Of a DNA stretch of 64,000 bases, positions 14,523 through 27,336 are shown piece after piece (the first letter of the stretch is position 1; each line of letters opens with the position of its first letter). This stretch comes from the human T2T-CHM13v2.0 reference genome, Homo sapiens. The notes below the pieces were generated by a model. The model was not told the origin of the DNA. It searched no databases and was given only the letters and a program-made list of their open reading frames with translations. Position numbers and translations under genes: made by a program. Location of the stretch: the NCBI RefSeq assembly GCF_009914755.1, contig NC_060932.1; one strand, written 5' to 3'.

Positions 14523-14913
14523 TGATAAACTAAGTTTAGCCTAAAGCTGCCTCCTTGCATACTTTAAGCTCAGCCTAAAGATTTCTTCGTACATAGTAAA
14601 CTGAAACCTTAACTGCATGAGTACACAGACTAACCTACTCTTGCGCCGAACACTGAGTTTTCACTAATTAATGGTGGCCAACTGTTCAAACCATGTTCAA
14701 ATAAGGCAAAAGCTGAGCTGTAACCAATCCAGTGGTTTCTGTACCTCACTTATGTTTTCAGTAGGTCACCTGCCTTTTTCTGTCAATTCATCTTCCATCA
14801 TGTGGCTGTTTCTCTGAGCCTACTTGGATTCGGGAGGCTGCCTGATTCGTGAATCATTCTTTGCACAATTAAACTCCGTTAAATTTAATTTGTCTACGGT
14901 TTTTCTTTTAACC
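14523..14913 (+). mobile_element. Solo ERV1 LTR, MER57-like
   Basis: Begins TG..AAACTAAGTTTAGCCTAAAGCTGCCTCC and ends TTTTCTTTTAAC; possible 4-bp TSD ATTC/AGTC. Confidence 0.75.
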
Positions 14914-15404
14914 AGTCTTTTGAAAGGTTTGATTTCTGTCTAGCCCTTAGGAAAGAAGGTGGTTAGCAAGAGAAGGGATAGAATTAGGTGTGTCTGTGAA
15001 CTCAACTTCCAAGATTTCTCTGAGGTTCCTGTGGCCAGGAAGAGGTCCATTCAGTCAGTTAGGGGCTTAGAATTGTATTTCTCATGATGTAGAATCATAA
15101 GGGTTGATAGGATTCAGGTGCAAGTTTGGATGAAAATTGGAATGTTTAAACAGGTTTTATGTAAGGAAGTTGTCTCCTGTACCTGAATGTTATATGAAAA
15201 TGGGTATTATGTCATACTGGGGAGCAGTTCCTCTACCTAGTATTGCAAATCCAAAACCTGCTGAAGTTCCAATGAAGGCTATGGTTAGGAACGAAAGGGT
15301 TGATGAGCTGAAGGTGAAAGTTTGGAGAAAAACTAGTATATCTGAACAGGCTTTATGTGAAGTTATTGCAAGAGTGGATTTCTGATAGGATGAGTTTGAA
15401 CCCC

Positions 15405-15605
15405 TTTTCTCTCTCTGGCATATGTTCTCTCACCATGTGATGCCTTCCGCCAATGTTATGATGCAGCAAAAAGACCCCTCCAAGATGAAGCCCCTTAGTC
15501 TTGGACTTCCCACTCTGCAGAATCATGAGCCAAATAAATCTGTGTTCATTATAAGTTACCCCGTCTGTGGTATTTCATTATACCAGCACAAGATCAACTA
15601 AGACA
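15405..15605 (+). mobile_element. MaLR (MST/MLT1) LTR 3' fragment
   Basis: CACCATGTGATGCCTTC...TTGGACTTCCCA...AATAAAT...CTAAGACA. Confidence 0.75.
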
Positions 15606-16643
15606 GAGGATATTGACATAAATCAGAGGAGAAAATAGAAACAATATGATGCTTTGGAAAAGAATGAGTAGGCAACAAACACAGTAATCACAATTCATCT
15701 TCTGGGTAGGAAGTGTGAAGACACGATGTTAGATACTGAATCTACTCCATGGGAAAAACTCCCTGTCCCTAGTCCTCTGAGGCCCTTGGCTTTACCTTCA
15801 GGGAAAATTTTTATCTATTATTCTCTAAGCCAAGTTTGAGGTTGGCATTGGAGAGTGGGCCTCTTTGGGGACTGTACAAATTTCATTACTTGCTTTTTGA
15901 TGATGCAAATTTGGGGACCTTGTGATTATTTTAGAGACTGAAAAATTACAGATACTTTTATGCCAGGTTTGTGGTTTTGCTGGGAATACAATTCTATCAA
16001 AATTTTAGTAAGCTTCAAGTCTATTTACTACCAGTCAGTTCCATGTCAAAATCTCTTCTGGTCATAGTTCTTAAGCCTGTGAAGTCTCTTATTTTATTTA
16101 TTCATGTTTGTGTTTAGCTCAGTTCCCTCTCTATTATTTAATGGTGGCTATTTTAAGGTCATCTAAAACAATAGGCTAGATTAGGATGGCAACACCTTTA
16201 CTTTGACCTTTATTACTGGGCTACCATTGTCCAGATGAAAGGTCTTACTGAGAAAATTTTGTAAAGGGCAATGACCAAAGGCTCAGCTTTACAGGGAATA
16301 GTTGCAATTGACTTTCCCAACTTTGAGGCTTCTAATTATTAGATTTTACATCAGTTTTAACTGCAAGCCACAGTTAGAGAATGTGCCTCCCTTAGTTGAG
16401 TTGTATTCTCTTCCATTTCTACTTGTAAACTAGTTAATGCTTGACTGATTTACCTTCATGATATCTTGCTAAAAGCAGAAAGGGGCAACCAACACACAAA
16501 CACACACCAACATTCTTTTTTTTAACCTCTTCCTTTACAAAGCTATGGGCTTAGTAGTCACATGGTCTGCCTTCCAAATTATCACAAGTTAATAGTTTTG
16601 CCAAATATTTTGTCATAGTATTACAAAAGTCACCACCTTCACC

Positions 16644-16950
16644 TTTTTTTAATTTTTATTTTTAGAGATAGGATCTCACTTTGTCACCCAGGCTAGAGTG
16701 CAGTGACACAACCACAATTCACTACAGCCTCAACCTCCCAGGCTCAAGCAATCCTCCCACCTCAGCCACCCAAAGTAGCTGGGATTACAGGTGGTGCGCT
16801 ACCATGCCTGGCTAGTTTTTTTTTATTTTTTGTAGACACAGGTCTCACTATGTTGTCCAGGCTGGTCTTGAATTCCTAGGCTCAAGCAATCCTCCTGCCT
16901 CAGCCTCCCAAAGTGCTGGGATTAAAGGCATGAGCCATGACACCCCGTCT
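16644..16950 (-). mobile_element. Alu (J-like)
   Basis: Antisense dimer; TSD GTCACCACCTT. Confidence 0.95.
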
Positions 16951-17069
16951 GGTCACCACCTTTCTAGCTTGCAATTATCTGTTGCCTTGCTGCCCACTGA
17001 CTGACTGCTTAATCAATGCCACATATTTTAGGTTTTTGTTATGGTAGTTCCCTACTCCTGGAGGCAATT

Positions 17070-17520
17070 TTTGCATAGTTAAGGTATAGGATAAGCTGCT
17101 AAAACAAAAGGCACACAAATAAAGTGACTCAGACAAGAGAGGGATTTGTTTTTATCTCACATAGCAGTCCAGTGCAAGGCAGCTCTCTTTCATGAGGCCT
17201 TCCAGAGACCCAGGCTCCATAATTCCATAGGTGCTCCATCTACTCCATCTACACAGTGAAAGGTTGCCAGCCAGCATCGTAACTATGACCCAGCTTACAG
17301 AAAGGGAAAAGAGAGAATATGGTTGGCGAGCATTTTCATTTACTTAAGTCTTGAACAGATATCACACACTTCTCTTCACAACCCCTTAGCCTGAACTTGG
17401 TCACATGGCTGTATCTACCTGTGAGGTAGATTGGGAAATGATAGTTAACTCCAGTTAGGTCACCTTGGGCACAACTAAAACTTGGGATTCCATTACTAAA
17501 AGGAGTAAGGGTAGAATATA
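17070..17520 (-). mobile_element. Old MLT1-type MaLR LTR
   Basis: Degenerate AGCTGCT-AAAACAAA...TCTCACATA...GTCACATGGC pattern. Confidence 0.5.
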
Positions 17521-17684
17521 TGTTTGGAAACACATTTTCTGTCACTGTTACAATGGGGGTAAGGAGGGAGAGTACCACTTACTATTATCATGTACTGTTG
17601 AATTTTTTTTTTTTCTAGAACAATAACTATTTTAGGGCCAGGCAACACCCTAAGTATTTGACTCTGTAAAAGGAAATAGTTTAG

Positions 17685-17990
<306 letters not shown>

Positions 17991-18256
17991 AAATTATTCT
18001 TCTCAGAAAAATTTGATCTAAGGCTCTAATTCAAAATATAAAAATAAGTGCTCATTGAAAAATAGACCCAAACTCTATAGACAGTTATACATTAAAAAGC
18101 TTTAACGTTATAAACTCATAGAATCACATAATATTAGAGCTAAAAAAGGACCCTGAGTTCTTTATAAAAAAAATAAAATAAACTGTGGCTGAAAGGGGTT
18201 AAATAAATGGCCCCAAATCAGAAAGGCAGCAACAGATCTAGGACCAGAATCAAGTT

Positions 18257-18584
18257 CTTCTTTTCTTTTGTCTTTTTTCTCTTCTTTTCTTTTTTCTTTT
18301 CTGAGACAGGGTCTTGCTCTGTCATCCAGGCCGGCGTGCAGTGGCGTGATCATAGCTCACTGTAACCCTGAACTCCTGGGCTTAAGTGATCCTCCCACCT
18401 CAGCCTCCAGAGTAGCTAAGACTTGAGGTACTCAACACTGCTCTTAGCTAATTTTTAAATTTTTTGTAGAGACACTGTCTCACTATGATGCCTAGGCTAG
18501 TCTCAAACTCCTGGGCTCAAGCGATCCTCCCACCTGGGCCTCCCAAAGTGCTGGGATTAGAGGTGTGAGCCATGGTGCCTGGTT
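18257..18584 (-). mobile_element. Alu (J-like)
   Basis: Antisense dimer. Confidence 0.93.
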
Positions 18585-18772
18585 CAAAACCAAATTCTAC
18601 TGAATCATTGGATATATAGCATCTATTTTTTGAGGCAGAAATTTCACTGTAATTTTAAAGAGTATGCCAATTTAAAAAGAAAATGCAATTTTTCCAGATT
18701 ATGTACTATTAAGTAATTTTCAATTATATGACAAATGATGAACATATTCATTTAAGAAATATAACATAAATC

Positions 18773-19091
<319 letters not shown>

Positions 19092-19352
19092 TTATGCCTT
19101 CAATACTAAATTTGCTTATTTTAAAAAATTATACACAAGCTGAATCTGATCCAACTGGCCACATTACTTTTGGATTATTTCACTATTGTATTTATTTCAA
19201 AATATACTTATTTCACTGATGTTTGGTTGGTTTAAAAACTTTTAAAAATATACTTATTTACTTCAAATAATAATGTAAACATACAAAGTATGAGCTCAAT
19301 TTACCCTGTTTTGAAGAGTATAAGTTGATACAGTATACCAGTACTTTCTGGG

Positions 19353-19651
19353 TTGTTTTGTTGTTGTTGTTGTTGTTGTTTTGATAGGGCTTCCAGGCTG
19401 GAGTGCAGTGGCATGATCATGGCTCACTGTAACCTCGACCCCCCATGCTCAAGCAATCCTCTCACTGCAGCCTCCTGAGTAACTGGGACTACAGGCATAT
19501 GTCACCATGCCAGGTAACTTTTTGCATTTTTTCTAGAGAAGGGGTTTCACCATGTTTCCCCGGTTGGTCTCAAACTCCTGGGCTCAAGCAATCCACCCGC
19601 CTTAGCTTCCCAAAGTGCTGAGATTACAGATGTGGGCCACTGCACCCAGCC
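19353..19651 (-). mobile_element. Alu (J-like)
   Basis: Antisense dimer with (TTG)n tail. Confidence 0.93.
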
Positions 19652-20143
19652 TTGTTTGTTTTTAAATCCTAGGAATATTCCAAAAGGGAGCTGTCTTTCT
19701 TCAAGAGAATTCATAATATCAAGCAGCTCATCATATGCAAAAATATGGCACTATTATAATTTATTTACTTATTTCTTTATACACACCCAAATCAGATTTA
19801 AGGGCACTTTTAAGATTACCTAAAATATAGTTTATGTTACAATAAGCGTAAATAGAAAACTTATTTTAAGTTTTATTAATTCAACAAACATTGGCTGAGC
19901 ATCTCTGTTAGGCATTATGTTTTCAAATATGATGTAAAAGTAAATAAATTATTCAAGTGGCTTTAGTACAGATACTCACTAAAACAAATGAGTCATCACT
20001 GATTTAGAAGACACTGTTGGTAGTTTTATAGAGCTAGCAGGTATGATACCTTTAAAAGCATATGCTATAGAATTAGAATTTAAAGGTTCCATTGTCATCA
20101 GAGATTTCAAAAAATACAACATAAAAATGCCCAAAAGTCCAAA

Positions 20144-20341
20144 GCAGTGGTTTTCAACTAGGGATGATGTAGCAAAATATCTAAATATATTTTGAGTTGC
20201 CACATCTGAAGAGGTGCTACTGACATAAAGGGTAAGAGATCAGGGACATTGTTAAACATCCTACAATGCACAGCACAGCCCTCCACAATAAATAGTTATC
20301 TGGCCAAAAATGTCACTAGTGCTGAGATTGAGAAATGCCAG
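20144..20341 (+). mobile_element. MER20 hAT DNA transposon
   Basis: CAGTGGTTTTCAAC...TAAACATCCTACAATGCACAG...AGTGCTGAGATTGAGAAA. Confidence 0.8.
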
Positions 20342-20883
20342 CCTAAAGTGATTTAATGTGACTTAATAAGCTTAATTTATTATCTGAGAGACATGACAAA
20401 CACATAGGTATATTTTCACAGATATGAAAAATGTAGATAGGACAAAAGTTTTACAGTTCACATAAAATTCCACATTACTATATATTTATAATTACAAAGA
20501 CTACTAATGGCACATTTTTATGAATAGCATTGCACTGAACTTTCTTAGATGAGCAGTGATTTTTACCTTGCTGGAATTTTATAGTGGAGCTATTTCCTTC
20601 ATCTTTTTCAATATTTAACATACATCTATTTTTAAAATGTTCTATATAAGGTGATGGAATGGAAAGCCAAATAACAACTGTATTAGGGTATACACACATA
20701 TAATTTAAAAATTACAATCATTGTGACGAACACACTATATTACAGAACAGTGAACAAGACAGTGATAGAACAGAAGAGGATAACTTCTGTAGTTATTTGG
20801 GGCATCTGTAGTAAGGGAAGGATACCAAAGACAGCTTCCCAGAAGAACAAATGCCTGATCTGAATGTTTGTCTCAGAAGACAG

Positions 20884-21531
20884 TGTGTCCGGAATTGGTT
20901 CCTTCTGGTGGGTTCTTGGTCTTGCTGACTTCAAGAATGAAGCCGCAGACCCTCATGGTGTTACAGTTCTTAAAGATGGTATGTCTGGAGTTTGTTCCTT
21001 CAGATGTTCATACGTGTCCAGAGTTTCTTCCTTCTGATGGGTTCGTGGTCTTGCTGACTTCAGGAATGAAGCTATAGACCCTTGTGGTGAGTGTTACACC
21101 TCATAAAGGTAGTGAGGACCCAAAGAGTGAGCAGCAGTAAGATTTATTGTGAAGAGCAAAAGAACAAACCGTCCACGGCATTGAAGGGGACCCAACAGGG
21201 TTGCCGCTGCTGGCTCAGTTGGCCAGCTTATATTCCCTTATTTGGCCCCGCCCACATCCTGCTGATTGGTCCATTTTACAGAGAGCTGATTGGTCCCTTT
21301 CACAGAGTGCTGGTTGGTGTGTTTACAATCCTTTAGCTAGACACAGAGCACTGATTGGTGCGTTTTTACAGAGTGCTGATTGGTGCATTGACAATCCTTT
21401 AGCTAGACACAGAGCGCTGATTGGTACATTTTTACAGAGTGCTGATTGGTGCATTTACAATCCTTCAGCTAGACAGAAAAGTTCTCCAAGTCCCCACTTG
21501 ACCCAGGAAGTCCAGCTGGCTTCACCTCTCA
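20884..21531 (-). mobile_element. Solo LTR12-family (ERV9) LTR, 648 bp
   Basis: Minus strand TGAGAGGTGAAGCCAGC...CCAATTCCGGACACA; tandem CCAATCAG repeats; TSD ACAG/ATAG. Confidence 0.93.
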
Positions 21532-22002
21532 ATAGGGGGGCCTTATATGTATATCTTGCCAAAGAAAGAACTTCTATTTTACTAATAACAGGTTTACCAA
21601 TCATCTCAATGAAGTATTTAGAGAAGAGAATTTCTTAAGGTTTACATTTTAGAAAGATCACTCAGGATGGTTGTAAAGTGGCCAGGCAGGAGAAAGAGAT
21701 ACTAATTAGAACCCATATCCAAGGTGATAAGGCTCTGGAATAAGACAGTCATCCAATAATGAAGGGGAAAAAGGAGGAGATGCATTGAAGAAATGTTAAG
21801 AAAAACTGGTAGAACTACAGATGATACTTCATGGGCACATTAATATAAGGAAATTGCCTCTGGTGGCAAAAACTAGGATGAGCCCATGCTGTGGGATGCT
21901 TTCAGGGCAGGCTAAAAAGGAATATGTAAATATTTATAATACAAAATTACCATTAGTTTAATATCCATATATAACACAAAACTTTTAATTACTAAATTAA
22001 CC

Positions 22003-22302
22003 TTTTTTTCTTTTTTTTGGAGACAGGGTCTTGCTCTGTCACCCAGGCTGGTGGGCAGTGGCATGATCGTAGTTCACTGTAACCTCAAACTCCTGGGCTC
22101 AAGTGAGTCTCCTGCCTCAGCCTCTCAAGTAGCTGGGACTACACACATGCACCACCACACCCAGCTAATATTTTTATTTTTTTGTAGATATAGGTTCTCA
22201 CTATGTTGTTCAGGCTGGTCTTAAACTCCTAGCTTCAGGCACTCCTCCTGTCTTAGTGCCACAAAGCACTGGGACTATAGGCATGAGCCACAATGCCTGG
22301 CC
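22003..22302 (-). mobile_element. Alu (J-like)
   Basis: Antisense dimer. Confidence 0.93.
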
Positions 22303-22339
22303 TCTTAATTTTATCTTAAGCACAAAACTGACTATAAAA

Positions 22340-24645
22340 TACTTTAAAAATAGAGGTATCAAACTTCAGGGCCCAAGTAAACAATGTGGAGGTCATCATT
22401 ACCATCCTCACAACAAGAAAAATACCGAACAAACCGAAAATCAACAACTCTTCTTGGAACCATCAAAGAATTATGGTAATAGAGCAAACTGCAGCCACTA
22501 AAACTGGAGAGATAGACATGCAGATACAGACAATCACAGCTTAGTGGGAGCAGAAGCCTGAAGCTGCAGCCACTATCTGGAGGAATACTTGAAACTGTAA
22601 TTAACAAACTTCTGGAGGCTTAGTGTCAACTAACTTGAGAATTAAATACTCTGAGGGGGTCCAGTCTTAGGGGCGCACCCACACTTTCTTGAGTTTTACC
22701 TACAGGAGGCCCATCAGGTTCTCCTGTGAAGACCAGAGAAAAATCCCCAGCTGCTCTGGTAGAGGGAGGAGTAAAGTCACCATTTTGAAACACACCAAGG
22801 GTTTTCTATTCTTAACAAGGCCTGCCTCAAGGGAAACTATTTTACCAGAACCTATCAGAAGAGGGTTTTACCAAAGCCCTAACAACCTTGGGGAAGGGAA
22901 ATAAATACCCAACTTAGTTTCAATAAAACACTGAGAACCTAATCATGGGACTATAAAATGCTTTCCCCTCCTCCCGCCCTACCCACCACATCAATAGGTC
23001 TGTTGTATAATAACAGAGATTTTAGCTAAGAGAACTTCAAGTCTCAGGCACTGTATCAAGGAGTCTCTATGAAAAGCCCAAAACAACAGGGGAGAGAAAA
23101 ACAAAGACATAGAGGAAATTTCAGCCTCTAATGCCACAGCTACAGCAAACAGTAAATACAGCCTAACTCCCAGCCAGAAAAACATGAAATTTTACACTAA
23201 AGACCTATTGACCTCATTTCCATTTATCTAATACAACATGTTTTGCTTCCAAGAAGAAATTACAAGGCATGCAAAAAGGCAAAAAACAGTTGGAAGAGAC
23301 AAAGCAAGCATCAGAACCAGACTCAGATAAGACAGAGATATTGGAATTATCAGATCAGAAAGTTAAAATGACTATGATTAATATGCTATAAGCTCTAATT
23401 TAAAAATTAGATAACATACAAGAACAGATGCGCAGTGTAAGCACAGAGAGGGAAAGTCTAAGAAAAAAATCAAATGGAAACACTAGAAGTAAAAAACACT
23501 GTAATGGAAATGAAGAATGCTATCAATGGGGTCATCAACAGACTACATACAGCTGAGGAAAGAATCACTGCACTTGAAGAGAGATCAATAGAAACTTCCA
23601 GAACTGAAATGCAAAGAGAAAATAGAATGAAGAAGACAGAACAGAATATCCAAGAACTGTAGGACAAAAAAAGGGGGTAAATATATATAATAGGAATACC
23701 AGAAGGAAAAGAAAAAGAGAAAGGAAGAGAAGAAATATCTGAAGTAATAATGACTAAGGATTTTCCAAAATTAATGATAGACATCAAACCATAGATCCAG
23801 GAAGTTTTGAGGACACCAAGCAGGATAATGCCAAAAAAACTATACCTAGGAATAGCATATTTGTGTCTGCAGAAAATCAAAGACAAAGAGAAAATCTTTA
23901 AAGAAGCGAGAGGGTAGCAGTGGAAACAATTACCTATAGAGGAGCAAAGATAAGAATTACATCTGATTCATCTTCAGAAACCATGCAAGCAAGAGAAGAG
24001 TAGAGTGAAATATTTTAAGTGTTGAAAGGAAAAAAAAAACCCACTAACCTAGAATTCTATATTCTGTGAAATTATCATTTAAAAGTAAAGGAGAAATAAA
24101 GACTTTTAAGGCAAACAAAATCAAAGGAATTTGTTTCCAGTAGACCTGTCTTGCAAGGCATGTTAAAAGTAGTTCTTCAGAGAGAAGGAAAATTATATAG
24201 GTCAGAAACGCAGACCTATAAAAAGAAAGAAAAAGCATCCGAGAAGGAATAAAGGAAAAAGGTAAAATATGTTTTATTTTTTTCATTCTTAACTGATCTA
24301 ACAGATAACAGTTTGTTCAAAATAGTAGTAGCAACAATGTATTCAGTGAGTATAGCTTATGGATAAGAGAAATGAATGACAACATTGTGATAAGGGAGAG
24401 GAGGGAGGGATTGGGAACACTCTGTTATAAGGTACTTGCACTACTCATGAAGCACTATTGTGTCATTTGAAGGTGGACTTTTATTAGTAGTAAATATATA
24501 TTGCAAACTCTAGGGCAATGAATAAGAAAAATGTAAAAAGTATAATTGATATGCTAAGAGAGGAGAAAAAATGGAATCATATAAAATGCTCAATTAAAAC
24601 CAGAGAAGGCAGCACAAGAGTAGAAGTCAGAAGAAAAGGAAACTT
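22340..24645 (+). mobile_element. Old L1M 5' region with ORF1 remnant
   Basis: ORF 23474..23662 (EVKNTVMEMKNAINGVINRLHTAEERITALEE), IGIPEG-like and RILYP-like segments. Confidence 0.8.
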
Positions 24646-25104
24646 CATGGCCACTACACTACAGGGTATGTGGCACTGTAGGAGCACAGGAAACTACAGG
24701 GTTCCCATGATCAGAAAAAAAAAAAAAAAAAAAAATTTTGAAAACCCACTGCTTTAGAAGAAAAAATGATCTCTGAAGTAGATCTCCTAATAGTTTACCC
24801 ATTTAAAATATCTAACTCTTCAGAGAATCTGGAGAGGCAGTTTCTACTTTGAAACTGGGATTATACAAAACTGGAAGTCCAGTGCTTCCAATCTGGTGAT
24901 CTAGGTCATATCCTCAGAGCTCTTGAGTCATGAGGCCCCCAGATGATTCTCCCAGGTCATTTCTTACACACTCTCCTTTTCCTCCAGGAAAAGTATAGGA
25001 GGGTATATGTCTGGGTTCTCTTTGCCACAAGTATAGTTCCAGTTAATAAGGTGGCTTTTACCTTTTGACACTCTTTTCTTGCTACCCTAACAGTTTATTT
25101 CAAA

Positions 25105-25279
25105 CAGTGGTTTATGGAACATTGCATCAGAATCACTTCAGGTGTCTGTTAAAGAGTGAGATTCCTGGGTCCAGCCCAAGAACTACTGAATGCGACACTC
25201 AGGGAGGGGGCTCAGGAATGTGCATTGCTAGCAAATGTCACAAGTGAGTATTAAGCACACTAAAGTCTGAGAACCACTG
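25105..25279. mobile_element. MER5A-type hAT MITE
   Basis: CAGTGGTT...TGCATCAGAATCAC...CTGAGAACCACTG termini. Confidence 0.75.
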
Positions 25280-25284
25280 CTTTA

Positions 25285-25625
<341 letters not shown>

Positions 25626-25844
25626 TAGTTCCTTTAGAGTTGGGGATGGGGTAGGGAAAACTCTTCCTTTTATGTTTTGGGACAATTTACCACTTGGAAT
25701 ATTTGTCCCCTAATCGCCTGCTGAATACATCTGTTAACCAAATACAGTACATGCTCAAGGAATATTTGTTGAAAGATGACTTGAGGAACATAGCATCATA
25801 CTTCCTTAATGACTGTGATAAGCAAAACATTTTGGTTCTTCAAA

Positions 25845-26090
25845 CCTAGATAGTAGTTGTTTTATTCTAAATAAGTTAAACAGTTCTTATAGTCTTGTAT
25901 GTCATGTGTACAGAATAGCTATAATTTTAAAACTGCGAGAGTAAGACAAGCCAAATTTTCTTTATTTATTTCCCACCTGGAAAATCCAGAATCAAACTTT
26001 ATTTAGATGTTAGGCTTGCTCTGATACAGACCTTCAAAAAAACAAATCACTGGAGCTTCTCATGTCAGCAGAATCTGGTTTAAAGAATTC
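25845..26090 (-). other. RGS22: RGS22 terminal non-coding exon (3' UTR); 3' boundary uncertain
   Basis: Acceptor tcctttgcag|GAATTC at 26090; minus-strand AATAAA at 25998-26003, 25961-25966 and 25861-25866; repeat-free. Confidence 0.7.
25861..26003 (-). terminator. Cluster of candidate polyadenylation signals for RGS22
   Basis: TTTATT on the + strand at 25861, 25961 and 25998; which is used cannot be read from sequence. Confidence 0.55.
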
Positions 26091-26187
26091 CTGCAAAGGA
26101 AACATAAATGGATGAAAATATAAACATCTATAGAAAATATAAATACAAATATAAATGCAAAACAACAAAAAACTTATATAGAATTGT

Positions 26188-26557
26188 TGATATGGTTTGG
26201 CTGTGTCCCCACCCAAATCTCATCTTGTAGTTCCCATAATTCCCACATGTCATGGGAGGGACCCAGTGGGAGGCAACTGAAGCATGGGGGTGGTTACCCT
26301 CAGGCTGTTCTCATGATAGTGAGTGAGTTCTCATGAGATCTGATGGTTTTATAAGGGGCTTTTCCCCCTTTTGCTTGGCACTTCTCTCTCCTGCTGTCTC
26401 TTGAAGAAGGACATGTTTGCTTCCCCTTCAGCCATGATTGTAAGTTTCCTGAGGCTTCCCTAGCCACATGGAACTGTGAGTCAATTAAACCTCTTTCCTT
26501 TATAAATTACCCAATCTTGGGTATTTCTTCATAGGAGCATGAGAACGGACTAATACA
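26188..26557 (+). mobile_element. Solo THE1 (MaLR) LTR in the last RGS22 intron
   Basis: TGATATGGTTTGGCTGTGTCCCCACCCAAATCTC...CTAATACA; TSD ATTGT/GTTGT. Confidence 0.92.
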
Positions 26558-27286
26558 GTTGTCATAAGGATCAAAATGTGAGCAGGAGTGTCAGCAAATG
26601 TTAGGGAGACTATGAGGCTGGCCTGAGGGGTGGAGAAATGGGCAAAAGAGTATAGAGGCTAGGGTAAACTAGAAGAGAAAAAAATGAGTGGGCTAAGAAC
26701 ATTAAGGCCTACTCATCAAACCTCCCAAGAACCAGAAAACTAAGGATGTTAAGAAACCAAAAAGCTAATCTACAAGCAAAATATAAAAGAAACAGGACTT
26801 TTAACTGGGTTCTTCAAGTATTAGGTCAATGAATTACACATTATACTACATTACTAGACTACTTTGTAAGGCTTTGTTAAACTCTAACACTAGTATCCAA
26901 TCAAAACTGTATAATCACCTCAGAATCTGTGTGAGAGAAGGGCCCTCAATTTTTAGTTCTTTTTTTTTTAATTTTAAGTTCCTTCTAATATTCCCAGCTT
27001 AGAAAATCTTGGGAAAACTGAGCCATAGCCCATTCTTCCATACATGTTCTTTGCAGAAGAAAACAGACAAGGAGTAAATAAAAGCAATACATGATCACTC
27101 TCCAGAGGCCTTACTTCTTAGGAGACTGTGCCATTCAAAAGGGAGGCAAGGCTCTCCTCCCCATCGACTTATTAGTGGGACATGTTATATGTGTGGTATG
27201 CTGTGTGTGTGCATGCGTGCATGTACATGAATGAGTGTATTACGAGGACATGTGTGGGACCAACCAACATTCAGACTATGACGTAC

Positions 27287-27336
27287 CTTGAACCTATCAG
27301 CAGCAGGATGTAAACATTCACAAGAATGCTGTCACT
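27287..27336 (-). CDS. RGS22: RGS22 last coding exon: AG completes Lys, TGA stop at 27334-27332, then 45 nt of 3' UTR
   Basis: tcttttccag|AGTGA...TTCAAG|gtacgt; gives the C-terminus ...SAHSSQK*. Confidence 0.85.

Larger units (their letters stand above)
8294..15084 (-). mobile_element. MER4-group ERV1 LTR (MER65-like) split into ~8294-8593 and ~14914-15084 by HERV-H and MER57
   Basis: Minus strand begins TGAGAAATACAATTCTAAGCCCCTAACTGACTGAATGGACC, typical of MER4-group LTR starts; flanks rejoin across the HERV-H TSD. Confidence 0.55.
7119..15390 (+). mobile_element. Old ERVL-type internal sequence (MER21-int-like), split into ~7119-8290 and ~15085-15390
   Basis: Protease-like EEKFLGLLDMGAPHTMV near 8172-8225, continued after 15085 by ...SPVPECYMKMGIMSYW (cf. 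ERVL VISPVPECIIGIDIL). Confidence 0.6.

Noticed and set aside
27190-27230. Alternating purine-pyrimidine tract (Z-DNA candidate)
   Set aside because: Short, interrupted and common in introns
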